A stretch of DNA of 63,432 nucleotides, the filler included, from Choristocarpus tenellus KU-1152 (lineage: Eukaryota > Protista > Phaeophyceae): NCBI GenBank assembly GCA_964200185.2. It is 9 parts of 9 records of this genome, joined end to end, with 100 filler letters (N's around TTAATTAATTAA, not from the genome) between each part and the next. Parts side by side here need not be neighbours in the genome. Positions count along the whole stretch, not along the records: positions 1 to 24,725 come from CAXNAD020000200.1; 8 more parts are not named here. The stretch is one strand, 5' to 3'. Positions within the stretch are counted from its first letter, which is position 1. Each line of letters begins with the position of its first letter. Below are positions 1-14,800 of the stretch, piece by piece. Both the position numbers and the translations under genes were made by a program. The notes beneath the pieces were generated by a model. That model was not told the DNA's origin, did not search any database, and saw only the letters and a program-made list of their open reading frames with translations.

Positions 1-38
1 AAACGGACGCCGACACCCCCCCCCCATATACTTTGACC
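1..38 (-). mobile_element. Terminus of high-copy element (GGTCAAAGTAT..G-run..GTGTCGGCGTCCGTTT)
   Basis: Reverse complement of the motif seen at 24653, 55349 and 63344. Confidence 0.7.
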
Positions 39-299
39 AATTGGGAGGCTTGGAAGCTGGATCGACTCACCGTGGTCAATCAATAAGATGCATGCTACAT
101 TAATACACGGTTCAGTTCACAGACTTCCCCATCAATTGGGCTATGTCATTAGAGCCGACTATAGGTAGTTTTTAACCGACGACGACTTGTCCAAAGGATT
201 CTTTGCCACATTGTGAGCAGCAGTTAGTGTGCTTGAGTCGACAACGATTATAGCTGCACGACTTATAAATATTGGATGGTCTAAGTATGTCCCATCCAT

Positions 300-800
300 C
301 CGCCAGGACTCAACCTGACGTGTAATGCTAAGTTCATCCACAAATCGCGCTTAAGAGTATGTAATACAAATGGCTCATGTGGAGAAGTCAAGGCCACCGT
401 GTAATACCAGACCATAGGGGGGTTGAGAGTGAGAAGTTCACATCCCTACCAGCTGCAGATATCGCAACCTCTGTGGCTTCTCTCTTCCTTTCCTCCTCAT
501 TTCGCTTGGACTGCTCCGTACGCTCAACACCAGCATCCTGGAAATCGAGCTCTTCTTTTTATGGGCGGAGAAAGACGCGGTGGAAGCAAAATAAGGATCA
601 CTGCTGTGAAGTCTAAAATCACAATACACACTACGCATGCACCATGATCAAGCCACAGCATATGCCTGTGAGCTGCGACAAACACAACAGGGGCAGTTCT
701 TACCATCAGAGAGCCTCTCCTGGAGCTCGTCGATATTGATATCCTGCAGGCCGGCTGGTAGTGCTCTGGAATGTTTGATGATAATCTCTCGCTCCTGACC
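300..800 (-). CDS. Probable exons of an unknown intron-containing gene (partial model)
   Basis: Phase-compatible GT-AG exons at ~703-800, ~448-556 and ~315-350 splice to GQEREIIIKHSRALPAGLQDINIDELQERLSD-EEELDFQDAGVERTEQSKRNEEERKREATEVAISAA-ARFVDELSITRQ. Start and end are unresolved and no family is recognised. Confidence 0.4.
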
Positions 801-1739
801 TGGGCCACGTCAAAGTAACTCACAAGGGCAGGGTCAAGCAGGCAGTGCTCCAATCAAAACAAAGGGGTATTTGTGTATAGTTCTTCCTCGTACTGTATCA
901 ATCCCTGTTGGAGTGTTTTGAGCTCATGTCAAGCACATGCGCTGAAATTCTATTGTAAATCTCAATTTCCATGCATATATCAATTTATGTTGTCAAGTCT
1001 TGGCAAGACCTGTGAGCCTAGTTCTCCCAATATTGGTCGTGCCAGGTGCTGCCCCAAAGGAGCGCAACGGAATGCAGCTTCCCCCAAACATTGCTTAAGG
1101 TTTTCCTTATCACTGATAGGTAGCAGCACTCTCGTCTGCAGTAGGTGACCTTGCGCATAACTGCCTGTCAGAATCAATGCTCTCTCTGACCACTTGTTCC
1201 AATGACGGTTTCCTGTACCCCATTTGCTGCCCGCACGAGAATCCACCTACGCGCGCATGACGAACATTTTGTGTAATACCAGTTCTGACATTCAAGCCTT
1301 GAACACTTCACAATGATGGTGGTGACGACAATACAGCCAAGTCGTGACATGTATACTTTCTCGAGAGGGATATGTTGGGTCTAATTTATCTTTTGAATGC
1401 TTTCAAGAGCTACAACATACTTTCTCCACAATAATTAAGAACAGGAGAACGGGACCATACATAGTATATGTTAGGTCTTCATTCTTTAGATATACACATT
1501 TGAGTCAGGCCTGAGGGGTCAAAGGGTCCCAGGTCTCAGACCTGGGGTCGAAAGTCCAGAGGTAGTCTAAAGAAGGGAGGTAATACACAGAATACCACAA
1601 ATAATTAAAAATAACAGTAACATATTATAGAACTTTGAATGTGGCCTTGTTTGGGGAAAAGTTGACCCAGAAAAGTCAAGATAATGAGCCTTGTGCAGTG
1701 TCCACACTATACAACCTATATAGCAGAAATTCAGGCATT

Positions 1740-3130
1740 TCAGCTTTGAGCACTCAAATCTTAGACTCAAGTGAGACACCTGAGGTCCTGTCATAAGGCA
1801 CCTGGCTGAATTTGCGACAACAACTCCAAACTTTCTGAATCCTCCCACTGACCTCAGTAGTAATAGCAGCATCGTTACTGATGCTTCCCCTAAGTAAGGT
1901 AAACAAACTTGCTGATCAGTCTGCTTGTTGGTCTGGTCCTACGCCTGGGTCTGCATGGTTTCGGCATCCTGCGATTAGGAGGTCCAAGATACACAGACTC
2001 CACCTTTTATTCTAATGCAGTCAGACCGAATGAACTGGTCACCTTCACAACCACTATCATCATCCTGGTCAGACCTTCTTGGGTCTTGGAGACAATACCT
2101 GGGTCATCAGCATAAAGAGGATACCTCACAAAAGCTGCTCAAGTGTTGTTGTACACCCTGGTGCTCCTCCTCCTCTGATCTGTTTTTTTGGAGGTCTCTT
2201 CGTGACAGCAAGGTCCTTGAAGATAGCCGGGTTATAGTTGAACCTCTTAAATGCCGAACCTAGCACTGCACTGAAGAAAATGCTAAAGGGATCAGAGCAA
2301 GAACATACCCCTCCCAAAGACCCTGTCCAACCTCAAACCAGCCTGTGAACTCACTATCATCCATGCAAGCACATGTCCTCATATTATCATGGATTGACGG
2401 ATGACAGGGATCATCTTTGGAGGTATGCTAAATTTGGACAGCATAACCCACAGCTAATTGCCATCAACAGAGTAACGTTCTTTCTGTGGATAGTCAAGAC
2501 ATATAAAGAGGGGTAAATGCTTTTCCCGGCCAAACTCTTGGTTGCCACGTAAAGTGTACATCATATCCATTGTGAATATTTGGGGTCCGAAACCACACTG
2601 CTCCTCATGAAGGATGTTCTACAATTTCCAGGTAATTCCCCAACCATTGTACAACAACTTCATGGAGGACTCTGCCAGCACGTGCTACCAATGAGATGCC
2701 TTTGTAATTGCTACGTCTTAAGTGATCTTTCTTCTTGTAGAGCATGGTAATGACTGCATCTTTCCAGACCTGTCCATAACCTTTTGGTTCCACACAGTCA
2801 ACACGGTCTTATGGAACCCCAGAGGATTCCAAGTCCTCCTGTAGGCCAAGCTTTAGAGCTCAACTGGAACATTATCGGGCCCCATGAGCTCCCCATTTCC
2901 CGTTGCCTGGGGTACTTCAGCCACTTCCATCATTATTGGTGAAGTAGCAAGGACTATGGGTGCGGGTCATTGATCGAGGGCTTCAACACTATGAAGGTTG
3001 AGATCAATCAACTTGGTATTAGGAACATTTTGAAGCATCTCCTCCGCAGTTCCATGGTGGATTCTTGCTCCCTGAGTAGCCTTTCCACAATCATCATGGA
3101 TGTGCTAAGAGGCCACTCTCTCTGGATCTC
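1740..3130 (-). mobile_element. Degraded non-LTR retrotransposon (RTE-like LINE) reverse transcriptase
   Basis: Collinear RT motifs broken by stops and frameshifts: WKDAVITMLYKKKD..SNYKGISLVARAGRVL (2605-2793), FSIFFSAVL (~2270), LYADDPGIVSKTQEGLTRMM (~2070-2120) and FVYL (~1900). Confidence 0.85.
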
Positions 3131-4369
3131 TTAACGTTGAAGCCTTTCGCTTACAAACACTGAACATAGGAATGTTTACTTACTATTAATCCTTGAGGTA
3201 CTCCTAACAAGTCTACGCGACTTAAATATATGCAGTGATTCTTGAATTTGAGTACATTTATACACTGTCACACCACATATTAAATAATCTGGACTTATTT
3301 TTAATGAAGAATACCCTACCCACAATGATTTTGGGAAAACATACTATTATTTTTCAAATAACATCTCTGCCAAGGTTGCATTCTCGTTTTTCTAATTCTC
3401 TGTATAAGGTTTTAAAATCCCCATATTGAGATTTTGTATATAAGATCTATTCTCATCATCACATGTTCCCCCTTCGCTACATAGATATCCAGAAATCGGA
3501 AACACACCAATCTTGTCTTCTCCTACAAAGATGCTCTCATGAAGAGTGGGTGTGAGAGTATGTACTCTTGAGTATCTTAACATATGAAGGGCTTAATGCA
3601 TCTATGATGGCGGTAATGAATGGAACACAAAAACACCTGGGTGTGATTCACATCTAAATAAAAAATAACCTTGAGTTTCATCAGTTCCATACAACCCGAA
3701 AAAACACCACACATGTCACAAAAAGAAAGGGGAAGAGGGATGCAAGGGTAATCAACCCAGGGAAAGAAATGCATTGGGAAAGGAGCATTCAGCAGAAAAC
3801 AGTGGTGGGGGTGGTTGCTTTGGTTGCCTTATCTGCTCCTTTAGCATGGCACAAATCTTCCCTGGATTGACACTCTCCAATGAAGCCTGTTGTGCTACTA
3901 ACCACACATTCATACCACCTGTCTGTGTAGGTAGGTTTGTCCTCGTGCTCCTGCCCTCATCTATGATCCTAAACTTCTCTTCATAACGTCATTTTGACTA
4001 CTCCTATGATTATCATAATAAACTACAACTATGTTCTTGTACTCAACTGCAAGCTTGAAAATCAACCATGCATGTGTCTCACCTCCTTCCACTAGTTAAT
4101 TGATTGCCGATCTAAAGAAGAGGACCATGCCATCTCTCACTGGTTAAAAGTGATTGCCAGGCTGACTAGTTGCACACCTACAACCAACAACACACATCTC
4201 TTGCCGGTGTCATAGTAGTAACGATTTCCAAGCGTCTTCTTGCAGGTACATCCACCTGTTCTTCTCCTGTCAACCTCCCCTCTGTTTTCCATCTGCAAGC
4301 TCCCCAAAGGTGCAACTGATCTTGCAAATAGGAGTCTACACAATCACACAGTTGTCTCGATACTGTCAT

Positions 4370-4810
4370 ATCTAGTCTTCACAATAGGGCATTTTTGAAG
4401 GACAGTGTGTGCCCCTGTTTGTGAAATCTGATGCAGTGCAGGAGGAAGTCGGGGTGAAGGGAGCGATCGTTTCACAATAGTGGAGACCTCGCAAGAGTAT
4501 ACATGTTTCACAACCATATAACATAATGTTAAGTACTTCGGGCTTGACATTATTCAGATTCCACCTCATGTGATACACCCAAATCCTGTCATAGAGCACT
4601 TTGACTGCATTTGTGGAAACAACCCCAGGTTTTGGTGCCTTTTTTTTCAGATCTCGTTGGTGATAACAGTTTCATCACTCAAGGTGTGTCTGAGGAAAAC
4701 AATATGATATGTCTGCTTGTAGTGTTGGCTCAACACCTGGATCCGCATGGTGTCTATGGCCTAATTGAGAGCCCGAGGTGCATAGTCTCTGTGTTGAGCT
4801 CCAACACAGT
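4370..4810 (-). mobile_element. Second RTE-like LINE 3' fragment
   Basis: LNIMLYGCETCIL resembles the xLLYGCETW motif downstream of RTE RT domains; the frame is disrupted. Confidence 0.65.
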
Positions 4811-6322
4811 CATGGATTAACCTTCTCAGGTCATATAGTTGCTGGTGTAATCTCTTTTTCCTATATTCGTTTTTTTCCCCCTTTTTTTGTTGGAATTTAT
4901 TTTTGTACTTTTGCTGCTCATTCTACAATTTTTTCAATTTCTTTGTTACATGCCTATTTTGTACCGTTTTATTACTGGAAGTTTTTTTTTGTGCTATTGT
5001 ATTTCTGTTGTCTTTGACCGTGGGTCAGAGCATGTTGTATGGTGAACATAAGCCAGTGGAGCTGAACATGGGGTGTGGGTAGGCATTGAAGTGCTCCCCA
5101 TCTCTGAAATAGATGCTCTAAAGTGTACAACAGTGTACTACAAGGTTGTTGGTCCCTACCCTACGATAGTCTGACATACACACACACACATATGCCATGT
5201 ATATAAATGCTTGTGCTTTATTTCATGGATAAATTACTTTAGTGGGTACAGTAGCATGGGGGGGCGGAGCACTACTTTGTTGTATGCCCTAATATAAAAA
5301 CAAACTAGCAGGAGGGTAGCCTAGAAATGCTCTTTAAAATAACTTTTTATGGGGTAACAAAAGAAAGGTATAAACAAATTCCCAGCACTTCCACACCACT
5401 ATCTCTTCAATCCTTAAGTACTCTAACCTGAGTTGGATCATCACAAACATACATACTCTGTTGCCATCAAAGCAATTCATATGAAGTGCAATGGTGCAAG
5501 AAAATAACCGGTGTGTGCCTGGTGCTATTTTATGTTGGGGGCTACAGAAATTAAATATTCGCTGGTACACAGAAGCATGCAAATATTTACTGCATAACAG
5601 TAATACTTTGATCACTCTACACTAAAAACAGTGAATACGCCCAGTTGGGGTATCTAGATGGGGGTGCAATGCATGCCCCCTTATCAATGCTTGTGTCAAC
5701 ACTGACAGAATCCGTTCCAAGCATGTCTTCACTAATCCCTTCCTTGTAAGTTTCTCTGCAATCCCAACTAGCACTATATACAAAACTATCGTTTTATAGT
5801 CAAACTCAAATTTGTCAAAGTTTAAAGTCTCTCCAAGCTAGAAATTTGCTGCAATGTCATGAGTCATCCAAGTTTGAGTCATTTCAGCTTCATCTATATA
5901 CACATATGCATCACAGAATCTTTGTTCAGTGCATACTCCCACAACAAACACTGTGATTCAGGGAACTCCCAACAAGCTAGCCCACCAAGTACACACTAGC
6001 AATTAATATCAATAACTACCATGCATGGTGTAGTGGAGGACTAGTTGTATCATCTGTTTGTGTTGCTCTCCAATGACATGATCAAAGTGAGTCCCTGTCA
6101 TTGTCCCAGCACATTATTGAGCCATGTTCAAAAAAAAATCAGAACTCTGCCTATGGCAATGACAATGGCCAAAAGAGAGCTATGGTGGAAGAAATATTGG
6201 TATAAATAAGTTGCCCTTGAATCAACGACACACAAAGCCTTACTCAATGTGCTCTGGATACCGTACAATATCAGGATTTTAGGTTAAGAAAAATTTGAAT
6301 GTGCACCTCATTTTTACACACG

Positions 6323-7852
6323 TCAAGTTTCCACTACCATTCCACCAGAAGGCTCATCATGCCAGAACTCATAAAATATCACAAAACGATTGGGCTGATC
6401 CAATGCCTTGTAAAGTCCAAAATGTCTTGCCAGAAAGGACCTCAGCATTTTGGACGGCCGGTCGAAAGCGAGTTCAGTTGGCTTGACCTGTTCATTCTGT
6501 GGAGGGTGAAAGGCACAATATTATGGACGCACAAACACGGGATATGGGATCCCAAATTGTGCTGGTGATGAATTAGATCGAGAGGTAACACCTCCACCAA
6601 AGAAAATTTAATGCCAGTAGGTGAAGCTCCAATATAATATTTCCTCGAACACTTGGTTTTTTGTGAATGCCAAAACAAGAAGATAATTTGCATGAAGAGA
6701 CTGCAAAACTACTACTAGCAAGAAAGGATCATTGCGCAACACAACACACCTCAAGGACATGTTTGAAGATCTTCAGCCCTATTCCCTCTCGCTGGACGCT
6801 CTCTTGGACATAGAAGTCTAGCACACATAGGGGATCACTCTCAGTCAGCTTATTGCCGTGTACCTAAAATTAAAAAAGTGATGAATATATTGGGACATAT
6901 ATATATATATATATATTATAATTGACCTGTTATAAAGCTCTGGAGGTGTCTTGTCAATGTTGTGGTCGACCTTATGTTTCCGAAAACAAGGGGACGGTGA
7001 ATCGGTCTGTGGTTTTGGGTGTTAAATACAACTCTTCATTCGCTGATACACAATTGAATTAATGGTAGTTGGCATCAAGACTGGGGGCAATGCATCCAAC
7101 CAGGTGCTCACTCCGTAGAGGAAGAGGTGTTTTCGTCCCAACTTCAAGAAGCCCAGGATACGCTTGCCGGCCAATTCACACATGATATACACCCTGTGAC
7201 TATAATTCTGCTTTAACTTTTCCATGGAGGTTATAGCCGAGTGTAGTCCTTGCGCCTGCGCGAATTCACGGCGGGTTCATGGAACATGGGATGAGAGGAA
7301 GGTCTAGGAGTTGGTCGATGTAGATATCAAGATACCATAAATATATAGAGGTCCATATACTTAGAGTATATATACCTGCTGCTTTTCAATAGAGTCCAGC
7401 ATCAACCGTATGTTTCATGTCCTTTTCCACCGTGTGTTGCAGAGTCAAGCTCAGACCTGAATAGACCCTCCCCACGACTCGCCGTACAACGAACAGAAAA
7501 GCCAGACAAGGAAGTATTCACAACCTGGGAACTTCAGCCGTACATTTGATGCCATTTGCATTGCCCTGTTTAAGTCGATAGTTGAACCGAAGATCTACAC
7601 ACACCTGACTGGAGAACTTCCCCATCTCGTCCAAAGCTTGCCCCACTAGCTTTGCATCGCTCTCCTTCAAGTTCGCTGGATATTGAGAATATTCAATGCA
7701 ATCGATGTTAGTCCCGTATTATCTGTTGTTGGACGCTAAACGATCATGTCCTACCCACCTATTCTTGCAGCATCCCACACAGACAAACTCGGCGTTAGAA
7801 TGACTGCTGCCGGGGTATTCATGGTTGAGCTTCGCTGTGTGCAACTCAACAT
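6323..7852 (-). CDS. ATAT1: Alpha-tubulin N-acetyltransferase (MEC-17/ATAT1 family), 5 exons
   Basis: Exons 7852(or 7822)-7759, 7675-7605, 7255-7112, 6863-6750 and 6496-6323 are all GT-AG and in frame. They give LDEMGKFSSQAQGLHSAITS, GFLKLGRKHLFL, PLCVLDFYVQESVQREGIG and LAFDRPSKMLRSFLARHF..QPNRFVIF, the diagnostic MEC-17 motifs. Confidence 0.93.
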
Positions 7853-8828
7853 CCACTGTTCGATTAATAGATAAGTGGATTTGTTTACATGTTCGATTTA
7901 CATGAGTGTAAACGGACAAACGAACAGTTTCAGGAAATAACAAAAATATTATCCATGGGGGGGATGAAAGAAAGCCTCCCGGAGATTTCCAACTTTTCCA
8001 TGTTTTTCGCTTATTGAGAGGGGACAGAGAAGAAATGCGTTAAGTGACATCTTCAGTGTTCGCTCGTCCCATTAGTCTTACAAACGTCATCCGACAAATA
8101 CTAAACTAACCGTTCCACTATTTTTGTGCGAGTGAGTGACTCCGCAAGTTGAAGGCACCTACTTCCTGGTTCTCCTTTTCTAACTTCTAGACAATTGTGA
8201 GTTTTTACACCCTCCATAGTGGCCGTGTGTGCGTTTTCAGGGAAATCAACACTTCTTTATGCCGCTAGGTGATAAAAATGAAGTCATAGCGAATAATGGC
8301 TATCCGAACTCATTCAGGTGTTTTCATCCTTGATTTGTGGTGCTTTCTTGCTACGGCTTGTCTTAAGTAGCGTGGTACCCGCCGTCGCATCGTCTACAGT
8401 TGTGTACGACAGTGTCACAATGTGTTCAGAGGAAATCCATCTGCCAAATCAATGCCCGCTCGACGACCTTACCCCAATACATTTGACCGTGACTGTCGCA
8501 GTCGACTTCCTATACGTAAGCGATTAAGGCAAAATGGTTCCTAACATTTTTGTATGCGAATGTTCCCTCTGCGGCTTGCTCTCGTCATAGGGGCGAGGGA
8601 GGGACAACACGCCGAGGAGGCTTCGGGTCACGAACTCCGTTTTCTTCACACATAGCAGTGAGAACCAGTTACTACGACGGTCCGCATCATCGTTTCCATT
8701 CGATGCCACCACCAGCCAACATCTCATTTCCAGTTTGCTTGACCGAAGGAGCTCGTAACGGCAAGGTCAACAAATACAAGCATCTCCCCACTGTTGCAGG
8801 GCTGTCGAAGCGGTCGCCATACGCTTAA
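7853..8828. promoter_or_regulatory. Divergent (bidirectional) promoter region between ATAT1 and the SET gene, CpG-rich
   Basis: Head-to-head start codons at 7852/7822 (-) and 8829 (+). CG dinucleotides are visibly denser here than in the flanking gene bodies. Confidence 0.55.
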
Positions 8829-11800
8829 ATGGAATTCGAAGAGGCAGCAATGGATATCTCACGATCCAACAGCACTTCTCCCATGAGTGACTCTGGGGGT
8901 TGCCTTATCTGTGGGAAGAATGATGAACATCAGTTCATACTACTTTGTGATGGGTGTGATGGGGAATTCCACACCCATTGTCTCACACCTCCCTTAGATC
9001 ACATCCCAGAAGGCGATTGGTTTTGTCAAGCCTGCATGGATGCTAGGACCCACAAACAAACCAGGTTAAAGAAATCTGACCCTACTAGAGCTGTGACAGC
9101 AATGCTGCCTACTGCCTCAACATCAAAGTGAGGATGGTCCAGGCGGGAAATGCGATGCACTTTACAATTCTGTATATATCGAGAGTTATGCGTCAAAAAT
9201 GTGCAACTGATGCCCTTTACTACTCTTGGTTTGAAATCGGTTTGGTTGTAGGAATTACTAGCGCCAGTGAATGGTGCTTGTCGTGGCATATCCTGTATGT
9301 ATGCATGCGTCTCGGCATGTACTTCAACAAGATGTTACCCAATCCCTCTGGTTCAGATTCTATGGTGTAAGCAAGACTGGCAAGGGTTGGCAGGCCAAGA
9401 TTACGTCCCCAAAGGAAGGAGAAACTGTAATCGGCATCTTTCAGGATGAGGAGGTACGAGCACATCAGTACACATACACTTGGCACCCCTACCTTACTTT
9501 GAACATCTTACACATTATACTAATCCATTGATTAACCAGGTACAACCCTACTGTATTTTGCTAGACACAAGTGTCGAGGTAGAGACCTTCCTTAGGCAGG
9601 ATCAGGTTTGCATCTTGTGATGTTGTAAAGGGACTAGTGCTTGTGTTCTTCTGTTCTGTATAGTGTCTCTAGATGTGGCTACATGGTCTTATCACCAGTG
9701 GAGATTTTCACATACACATTATCTAGAAGGCTGAGAAATGCCACTTCAAGCCTGTTGTTATTTAATCGTTATAGTAGTGTCCCTAAATGAAGAATCCAAC
9801 CTTTCTTCCTGGCTTGAAGGCATATTGACTGCACAAGTATTTATGCTTGAGCATCCTGCCTGAGTAGATGTGGCTGAATGGTGTAATATGTGCATCTAGG
9901 GAATTGACAGTAATGCCCCATTTGCCTATCTTCCGATCTCCATGCAATAGATGGCAGCACGTGCATATGACCAGGTTGCCATGGATCTGTATGGCAGTAC
10001 GGCTGAGCTCAATTTCCCGGTAAGGATACATTTCTTGTGTACTCCGAAATGTTTAGTAAATACTTGACAGTGAGTGGGTTCTTGGCATTTGTTGTGAAGC
10101 TGGCGGATTCCCTCTCTTTCCCACGCCCTGCTGTAGGCAAGGCTTGTGCTATAGTACTAGGTATCCTAAACTGAGTGGATCAAATTGTGTAGATCTGGAG
10201 TGGAGCTTGACAATGGATGACTTAGTTAGTGACTGTGATTGGGGCCTACTATGATACCTCCTACCTCTGACCTTGCCCTTGAAAGGAGGGGGTCAGAGCA
10301 GTGTAAATATGACTAATAGTTGAGGGGTGAAGCAGGGACACAACAATCATGGTGCAGAATGAGATATAGAGCATACAGGACGAGTGGCAGTAAAGATTTC
10401 CTTAGCTGAAAGTTCGTATAACCAGCACAGATATAGTAGGTCTGAGTATTTTGAAGGAGATGGATGTGTGCCGGAGATACCTCATCCACCAAGCGGTTCT
10501 AGTGGCTCGCTGCTAGGGGGAGATGACTCCTCAGACATGACCAATGTACTCCTTTTCCCTCAACACCTAGCTTTCTTTGTCCCCCTCTTGTCATCAAGAA
10601 ATGCGATCTACCTCTCTCTAGACCAACATCCACTGGGTGATGCAAGTCAGCATGGAAGAGGGCAAACATCATCTACCGAGCATAGTGATATTTAAGGTAG
10701 ATCAAGGTTGATGCCTCAATCAAAATGTAGTTGTTGCAAGGACAAGTGAGTCCGATTGGGTATGGTCTTGTCTCATGAAGTCATGTAGCTGGAACAATAC
10801 GGTTTGTGCTTGTATCCATCCTCTCTCTCACTCCAAGACCATTCTGTAGGTCCACAAGCTACTTTTTCCTCCCCTTCCCTTCTCCTCACTGCAGCCCTTC
10901 TGTTTATCACTATTGCTGCTCCCTCCGATTGTTCAATTTGTTGGTTACTGTTCAGGGAGGCATGGGTGTTGACTTGAAGGAGATGAACCAACCGCGCAGG
11001 CGTAAGAAGGCGAAGCGATTGGCAGAGTATGAGTACCCAGATGTTACTGTTAAGGTGATTGATACCCATGGTTTACTTGAAGCAAAGTGGAGTATCTCTT
11101 TGGTCCTCCAGCAAACCACAATGGGAAGAGGTTACTTCAGGAATGTGGGCGCTTTTTATGCACCCTCGGTCACATTTCTGCTCATCGACTTTTTTGTTTC
11201 TTGAAAATTGATTTGTGCCTCTCACCTCCCCATTATGTAACATTGATCTCATCCTACCATCGTCCACAATAAGTACTTATTCCCTTTCGTAGATGGAAGA
11301 GGCCATATCACAAAGTGTTTCTAGGCACCTTCTACAGCAGTTTATAGCAGTTTTTTTGTTTGCTTTGTCGGACTTGATAGTTATTATGCCTATTGTAATG
11401 TTAGGAGCAGACTGACCTACACAATATATGGTGCACTGCCCTGTTCTTTTGACTGGTCAATTTTTGAATGACAACAGGGTCTTAAGACCAGGGCAGGGGA
11501 TACTGCTTCTGGTGCCACTGAGAATGGGCCAAGGGCAACGCTTATAGAACATGGAATTGTTAAGGTTGCTGAAGGGAAAGTATTGGCCCCATCACCCAAA
11601 GGGAAAGGGGCAGCGGCAGTGGTGGGGTGGTATCCAATAGATCCAACTGTACAAGACAAGGGGAAAGGGGAAGGGACAGGCAAGGGGCCGTTGGTGGTGA
11701 ATTCCGATAAGGCCAAGTCGCCCAGAGGATTGTCAATGCTTGGTGGGTTCCCAACAGGGGAGCAATGGGGGGCGACAGTGAAGACTAAGAAGGATGTCAG

Positions 11801-14800
11801 ACAGGGCAAGGGTATAGCAAGAAGAGGAATTGAGGGTGTGGCAAAAGAGGGCAAAGGGATCTCAGGGGGGACTGGGACAAGGAAGGATGTGGGGATTGCT
11901 GCAAAGGATGCTCCAGACTCCATAGTAATTTCAGATGGGTTGGGTGAGATGTGCAAGACTGTGAGGAGTGAGGAGACTCAGGACCTAGGATCTACCGAGG
12001 AAACTGAAAAAAGGGCCAAGAGTGGGTCACACAATGGGGGGGCATCGTTGAGATCCAAGGGCTTGGGACCAGGCTCTTCAGTGAAGTCTCATTCGTTGTA
12101 TTCAGCATTAGCACGATCTCAAAATGAAACCCTAGGCAGGAAGGCTGGCACTCCAGGAAGGGTTGAAACAGATGGAGTGATGAAGAAATGGAAGGGTGGA
12201 TATCCATCTAAGAAGTCTAAGGAAAGAACAGTGTCCAAGAGCTCGAAATCCTCTGAAGGAAAGGAAAGGGAAATGGCCATTGTCAACTCGGGCCTTGTTG
12301 GGGAGGATGGCAATCAATTCTTGTGTGGGTAAGTGTTCTTGTAGTGTGGCAATCGTTCTTTACTTGATCGCATTTGGTGGGTGAAGCAATGATGCTGCCT
12401 CTGGGATCTCCATTGTCTTAACATGCACACTTCTTGTGTGTATTGACCCATTGTCTCTTTCACCCATCTGTGTGCAACTGCTGTTATTCCTAATGGTAGA
12501 GCTGGGTATTGTGGCCTTGTACACATGGCCCACTTTGACTCTTTTCCTATTGCTAGCCCCACTGTTCCCTTCGATCGCTCTCTTTACCTCTTGACCCCAT
12601 TGCCCATCATGTGACAAATTCTGCAATACATACCAGTGTTTGCGGGAAAACTGGTGAGGTGCTATGCTGTGACAATTGCCCGAAGGTCTTCCACAAGCTT
12701 TGTCTTGCCTTGGGAAGCAAGGCTCGCCTAGCTGCAGAGTTTCAGAGTGAGGCTGATCCATGGTTCTGCCCCCACTGTGTGAAGGCTGGAAAACTGAACA
12801 CAATAAATGGGGTGAGTGTTGGAGTAGGTTTCAGGTTTAGTGGGTGGGTAGTCTTGCGAGAAGGATGGTCATGGTGATGGGGTTTTGCAAGAGACTACAG
12901 GAGTACTGCATGGTGCAGTGAGGACCCTTGTCCACCGCTTCTACTGGAACAACATGGCATGGAATACACCAATGACAAGTTAGCAAACTACAATTAACTA
13001 GATCCATATCCACTCTTCTTGTGCCTATTCTGTTATTTCCTTTACTAAAATCCCTACTTGTGAATTCTGGAACTCACCATATGCCAGGAGACACCGGACT
13101 GGGCCAGCATGAAGCAGGCCATGAGCAAGGTGGGTGAAGGCAGCATTTCTCGGTCTACATGTGTTGAAGGGGAGGGTGCTGGCATTGACCCTTGCAACAA
13201 TGTTTCTCCATCAGCAGTCTTTGCTCCTGAGCTAGCAAACCGGCTCCTGTACTCACTCCTTTATGAGGATTTCTATGTGGCCCCTAGGCACCCACGCCGG
13301 CTGTGCATGAGGGAGGATGCAGAGAAGAGGAATGGAGAAGAGAAGATATGTGAACCATCGGTGTTTTCCCAAGAGGGGTCAAACTCCCCTGGGCCAACAG
13401 GAGTTGGACCACATCATGGTGCAAGAGTCAGGCCTGGGTTTGCCACATCCTTAGCTCTGAGATCTTTTAATGCGGTTGTGACTCCCTTCAGAGACAGTGT
13501 ACAAGGACCTATCTGTAAAGGATCCAATGTGGGGCTGCCTGTGGCTCAGGGAGAGTTGGGACGTCGGCCAGGTGGTGGAGCCTTGAAATTTGCACAGCAA
13601 ACTGGGACTGTCCTTCCTGAAGTCCAACATTGCTTGAAGGAAGGAGCAACCCCAGATGCTGATCATGATACAGGCAAAGTCTACTGTCCAAGGGTCGGTG
13701 GAAACTCTAGGGATAATCTTGAACCCTCTCGAAGGAATGTGAGCAGAGGATTGGTATCTCCTGGCAAGGGACCTTCTGAACAGATGGGGTTGGTTCAAGG
13801 ATGGGAGGTTCCTGACTCAGTCAACACACCTATGCGAGGATCTTTAGTGCGAGCTATGCCCGGGGCAGCTGGGCTTGGTTCAGAGATCATTGAGCTGCAT
13901 TTTTCTGAGGACCCTCAGTGTGTGAGTGGAGTTCAGCATTCCACATTTGAGGGAGATATGCAGGTAATAGATAAAGGTGAAGGGGTGAGGAACAGCATGG
14001 ACGATATTGACAATGCAGTCTTCAGGAGAGAGGGAGATGATGAGGGTGACTGTATGAGTGTGGATGACAACCATAGTCAAGAAAGTGGTGAGGAGGAACA
14101 GCACAGTGACAAAGCGGGTAACACATATTCTAAGAGTAATACAGAGGTTGAGGGTTACAGCCTTGATGGCAACAGCACTGGTGTGACTTGGGTGGTGGGG
14201 TTGGAAGGCAGTAGCCACCATCGTATGTGGAACTTGAAGCATATGCAGGTGTGCACAGGCGGGGATGAGGTAGGTCAAAGGAAATCATGCTTCTACTGCA
14301 GTGGGCAGCCTGATGGTGCGGCCATGGCATGCCCCAACTCTGGTTTGGCCAATGTCCACATCTTTTGCTTCTTGTGTCTTGACTCTCGCTGGGGTCTTGA
14401 AAAGTCGTTGCTGGTCAAGGGACGTGTAAAGGTTTGTTTCCCTCTGGAATAGTGCTGTGAAAGATGTTCTGATGATGATATAGCCTGATTTTGCAGAGCA
14501 TAAGGAACAATGTCCCCACATTTTGGAACTTGGAAGCACTTACATTTTAAGGTTGGAGGGTATAACAAGATGAGCTTCTGAGTTCTTACCCTCCAGGTTT
14601 GTATCTTTATTCAATATTTTTTGCTGGAAGGGTCATTCGGATAGTTCACAAATTTAGCTTTCCAATTTTTTCTACTGCTGGTGTTGACCAAGTGGTTTAA
14701 TTGCCATCATGGTTAAAGAGTTTCCTCAAAAGCTTGAGGGAAAAACAAGCTGACCACTAGCTGACACTCCCCTGATCATGCCCTTGTCCCTCCCACACTC